This document shows positions 60,609 through 64,000 of a stretch of 64,000 nt of DNA, in pieces. Source of the DNA: Macrostomum lignano (lineage: Eukaryota). The stretch lies in contig NIVC01000895.1 in assembly GCA_002269645.1 (NCBI GenBank), positions 8,309 through 72,308 of the forward strand, written 5' to 3'. The first letter of the stretch is position 1. Every line of letters begins with the position of its first letter. Position numbers and translations under genes: made by a program. The notes below the pieces were generated by a model. It did not search any database. It was given only the letters and a program-made list of their open reading frames with translations, and was not told the DNA's origin.

Positions 60609-63600
60609 CTAGACCGCTGCGGATGTGCCGGAAGTCGCCGCGGCGGCCGGTGCACCAGTTTCGTCAACCAGATGATGCGCCTTTAAACTGATTGATTCAA
60701 TTCCAGCCGCTTCTTCGGCCGGGCTGCTTCGGCCAGACTGCGGGAGTGCGACGGCGGAGTATGCTGGCATTGTAGTGTGGATGCGTGTGCTCATGTCTGT
60801 CCGTCTTAGTGCCTGTCTGTCTGTCTCTGTGCCTGTCTGTCTGTCTTTGGGTCTGTCTGTCTGTCTCTGTGTCTGTCTGTCTGTCTCTGTGTCTGTCTGT
60901 CTGTCTTTGGGTCTTAGTGTCTGTCTGTCTGTCTTAGTGCCTGTCTGTCTGTCTCTGTGTCTGTCTGTCTGTCTCTGTGCCTGTCTGTCTGTCTTTGGGT
61001 CTGTCTGTCTGTCTCTGTGTCTGTCTGTCCGTCTTAGTGCCTGTCTGTCTGTCTCTGTGTCTGTCTGTCTGTCTTTGGGTCTTAGTGTCTGTCTGTCTGT
61101 CTTAGAGGCTGTCTGTCTGTCTTAGTGGCTGTCTGTCTTAGAGGCTGTCTGTCTGTCTTAGTGGCTGTCTGTCTGTCTTAGTGTCTGTCTGTCTGCCTTA
61201 ATGGCTGTCTGTCTGTCTTAGTGTCTGTCTGTCTGTCTGTCTGTCTGTCATAGAGGCTGTCTGTCTGTTTTAGTGTGTGCCTGCCTGCCTGTCTGTCTGT
61301 CTGCCAGCCTGTCTGTAGGTCAGTGTTTTAGTGACCTACTTGCCGTAACCGGAGCCGAGTCGGCAAAGAAGAAAAAAGTTAATAAAAAAGTTAGCCCGCA
61401 GCGGAACAGGACACCGAGCCAGCCAAATTAGTAGACTCCAACCCTCCCCTCAGGAGTCCCACTACGCCAAAACAGATGGAAAATTGGGTCTGGATACAAA
61501 TATCGAGTAGCAAACAGCAGGTCAGATAATACTGATGAGTTTTTGGGCAAAACCGCCTCCGGGAGAGCGGCGCCGCGCCGGAACTGCACTCGGAATGTTA
61601 ATGCTTAGCCGGCCGGCATGAAAAATTGAGTCAAAGCATGCATTTTAACCTACTAACACACGCGGCTACTCCCTGAATTGCAGGCGGCTAAACGCTTGCG
61701 AGAGAGAGAGAGAGAGAAAAAAAACTGTTTACTGTTTATCCCGCGAGCTCAAAAGCAATTTGTACTCAATATTGGGGCAAGGATGGCATACCAGTTGGGC
61801 ACAGCTAGGCTAGAGGGTTCCAGAGGCCCAATTTTGTGACAAGGATCTATTTTGCCTAGCCAAGCGGAGATACGCGTCAACCCTTTAGGTCCAGTTAAGC
61901 CCGGGGAGCCCGGAAACTCTAATAACCCGCCAGCAATGTTAGGGGTGCGGAGAATGTTAATCGGAAGGGAGCTCTGTTGCTAAGGGAAGGGGCGGTGATG
62001 GCGATCGGGTTCGCCAGCATAAGGATAGGAGGGAATTGCGATGGGCAGGCGGCAGAACCCAACTAAATGGACACTGCAGTACAGTTCTACAGTGCTAGTG
62101 ACGCTTGTTGCGCCAATCATAACTATGCTAATCTCAGAGTTAAACTAACTATAATGGACAGCAAATAGAAGGAATGGTAGAATGTGAGAGTAGACTGTCA
62201 GGGTAGAGTAGACTGGGAGGGTAGTGTCAGGGTAACTGGGGGTGTAGATTGTGAGGGTAGATTGGGAGGGTAGATTGGGAGGGTAGACTGGGAGGGTAGA
62301 CTGGAGGGTAGATTGGGAGGGTAGATTGGGAGGGTAGACTGGGGGGGTAGATTGGGAGGGTAGACTGGGGGTAGATTGGGAGGGTAGACTGGGGGGGGGT
62401 AGATTGGGAGGGTAGACTGGGGGTAGATTGGGAGGGTAGACTGGGGGGGTAGATTGGGAGGGTAGACTGGGGGGTAGATTGGGAGGGTAGACTGGGGTAG
62501 ATTGGGAGGGTAGACTGGGGGGGTAGATTGGGAGGGTAGACTGGGGGGGGTAGATTGGGAGGGTAGACTGGGGGGTAGATTGGGAGGGTAGACTGGGAGG
62601 GTAGACTGGGAGGTAGATTGGGAGGGTAGATTGGGAGGGTAGACTGGGGGGGGGTAGATTGGGAGGGTAGACTGGGGGGTAGATTGGGAGGGTAGACTGG
62701 GGGGGGTAGATTGGAGGGTAGACTGGGGGGGTAGATTGGGAGGGTAGACTGGGGGGGTAGATTGGGAGGGTAGACTGGGGGTAGATTGGGAGGGTAGACT
62801 GGGGGGGTAGATTGGGAGGGTAGACTGGGGGGGGGTAGATTGGGAGGGTAGACTGGGGGGGTAGATTGGGAGGGTAGACTGTGAAGGTAGACCGGGTTAT
62901 TCAAGTCACAATATTCCTACAATGCCAAATACAGCTGATGCCAGAAAAGCAAGAATCCAATAACAATTCAAAGCAAATAAAATTACTTACCAGCTGTTTA
63001 GTCCCGTCTGTGTTACAGCTCAATCCGAGCCCCAGAATGCCGCAACAGCCGCTGACGGTCCCGGGTTCACCCGAGGCCACCGCTACTTCGGCATCATCAT
63101 CAGCAGCGTGAGTTGATGGAGACTGAGCTGTTGATTTCTCTTGAATTTTCAGATCCCATTGAAGCGATTGCAAGTCAGCCTGGTCAACATCCGCAAACTC
63201 GCGACCCTGATCATCATACATGAGAATTAAATATAATTTTTAAGAGTAAAAGGCAGGAGTAAATTTAGCTGTAGCATTAGAAGCCAATTCCTCGTCATCT
63301 AATAAGTTATTTCCGATGTGATTTTTGTACTTTTTAGGCGTCTTGAACTCACAGTCGTGCGCTCCAGACAGGTGAGCAAATGATAATGCTGCCGTTCAAA
63401 TGGCCCAGCAACGGCCGCGGAGGTAGCAGCAGCAACAGCGTTAGACGCGGCCGAAGCGGCGGCGCTATGATTGCCTGCTAGATGCTCGTCTGATGCACCA
63501 GAAGCGGCTGCGAGTGCGGCTGCATCGGCGGATCCACTGCAGCGCAGCTTGCTAGCAATGAATGCTGCACCGGAAGTGGCTTTGACCAACCGGATGCGAG

Positions 63601-63613
63601 CTAGGCGGGATTT
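60609..63613 (-). CDS. KCND: 3' exons of a Shal/Kv4 voltage-gated K+ channel (gene continues beyond the window); exons 63613-63353, 63206-62991 and a tentative last exon 60737-60609
   Basis: [15 protein letters not shown] and [16 protein letters not shown]|GREFAD match Kv4 KARLARIR and [22 protein letters not shown]; phase-0 GT-AG junctions; the last exon is uncertain. Confidence 0.8.
60795..61315. repeat. (TGTC)n-based microsatellite in a Shal intron
   Basis: Direct reading. Confidence 0.93.
62195..62885. repeat. G-rich minisatellite (GGGAGGGTAGACT/GGGGGTAGATT)
   Basis: Direct tandem repeat with dense G runs. Confidence 0.95.
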
Positions 63614-63654
63614 CTGCAACAATGTTACGCAAATAGGATTATTAGATAGCATTC

Positions 63655-63915
63655 GAAATTTGGGATTTCAGTTACACCTTGGAGGGGATTTGGGATCTCA
63701 GTCACACATTTAAAAGGATTTGGGATCTCAGTTACACCTTGATGGGGATTTGGGATCTCAGTTACACCTTGATGGGGATTTGGGATCTCAGTTACACCTT
63801 GGAGGGGATTTGGGATCTCAGTCACACCTTGATGGGGATTAGGGACCTCAATCACACATTGGAGGGGATTTGGGATCTCAGTTACACTTTGAAAGGGATT
63901 TGGGATTTAGGGGTT
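63655..63915. repeat. 30-bp minisatellite (GGGATTTGGGATCTCAGTTACACCTTGATG) in a Shal intron
   Basis: About 8 tandem copies. Confidence 0.92.
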
Positions 63916-64000
63916 ACATAATCGAAGGAGTTCTCAATTCCATCTGAGCAATGGGATCCAAATCAACTAATCCCCATGTTGGGGGATGCACAGATATTAC

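Noticed and set aside
61520-61555. CTGATGAG followed by a short hairpin, hammerhead-like
   Set aside because: No GAAA after stem II and no stems I or III.
62227-63921. Pro-rich ORF 62227-62904 and VTEIPNPHQG ORFs
   Set aside because: Translations of intronic minisatellites.

Overview
Eukaryotic (animal) genomic DNA with GT-AG introns and an unusually high load of mini- and microsatellites (about 25 arrays, most of them in introns). Gene style and repeat load resemble a free-living flatworm such as Macrostomum; this is inference, not proven. Genes supported from sequence, + strand: C5orf22/UPF0489, selenocysteine lyase, RPF2, TIM29, C9orf85-like, an SDR oxidoreductase, an ankyrin-repeat ORF directly followed by a Mab-21/cGAS-like (cGLR) nucleotidyltransferase, a GT32 glycosyltransferase and a frameshifted C-type lectin. 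Minus strand: a PAN/C-type lectin, three tandem BLVRB-like flavin reductases (one intact, one with a 25-codon deletion, one chimeric with its splice donor lost), nucleolin, a Geobacillus/plant-type lipase with a coding minisatellite, THOC6 and the 3' end of a Shal/Kv4 channel. Mobile DNA: a tRNA-derived SINE family (7 copies or fragments), two hAT-like non-autonomous elements, a Tc1/mariner-like foldback element, and a probable LTR followed by an over-long tRNA-Leu copy. Most very long ORFs in the track are tandem-repeat artefacts. Top leads: the ankyrin-cGLR candidate immune sensor inside a lectin/glycosyltransferase island, a gene whose start codon may come from a spliced leader, the intron-bearing non-metazoan-type lipase, a SINE tail hairpin with a compensatory change, and a 12-bp motif repeated with unique spacers around the lipase 3' end.
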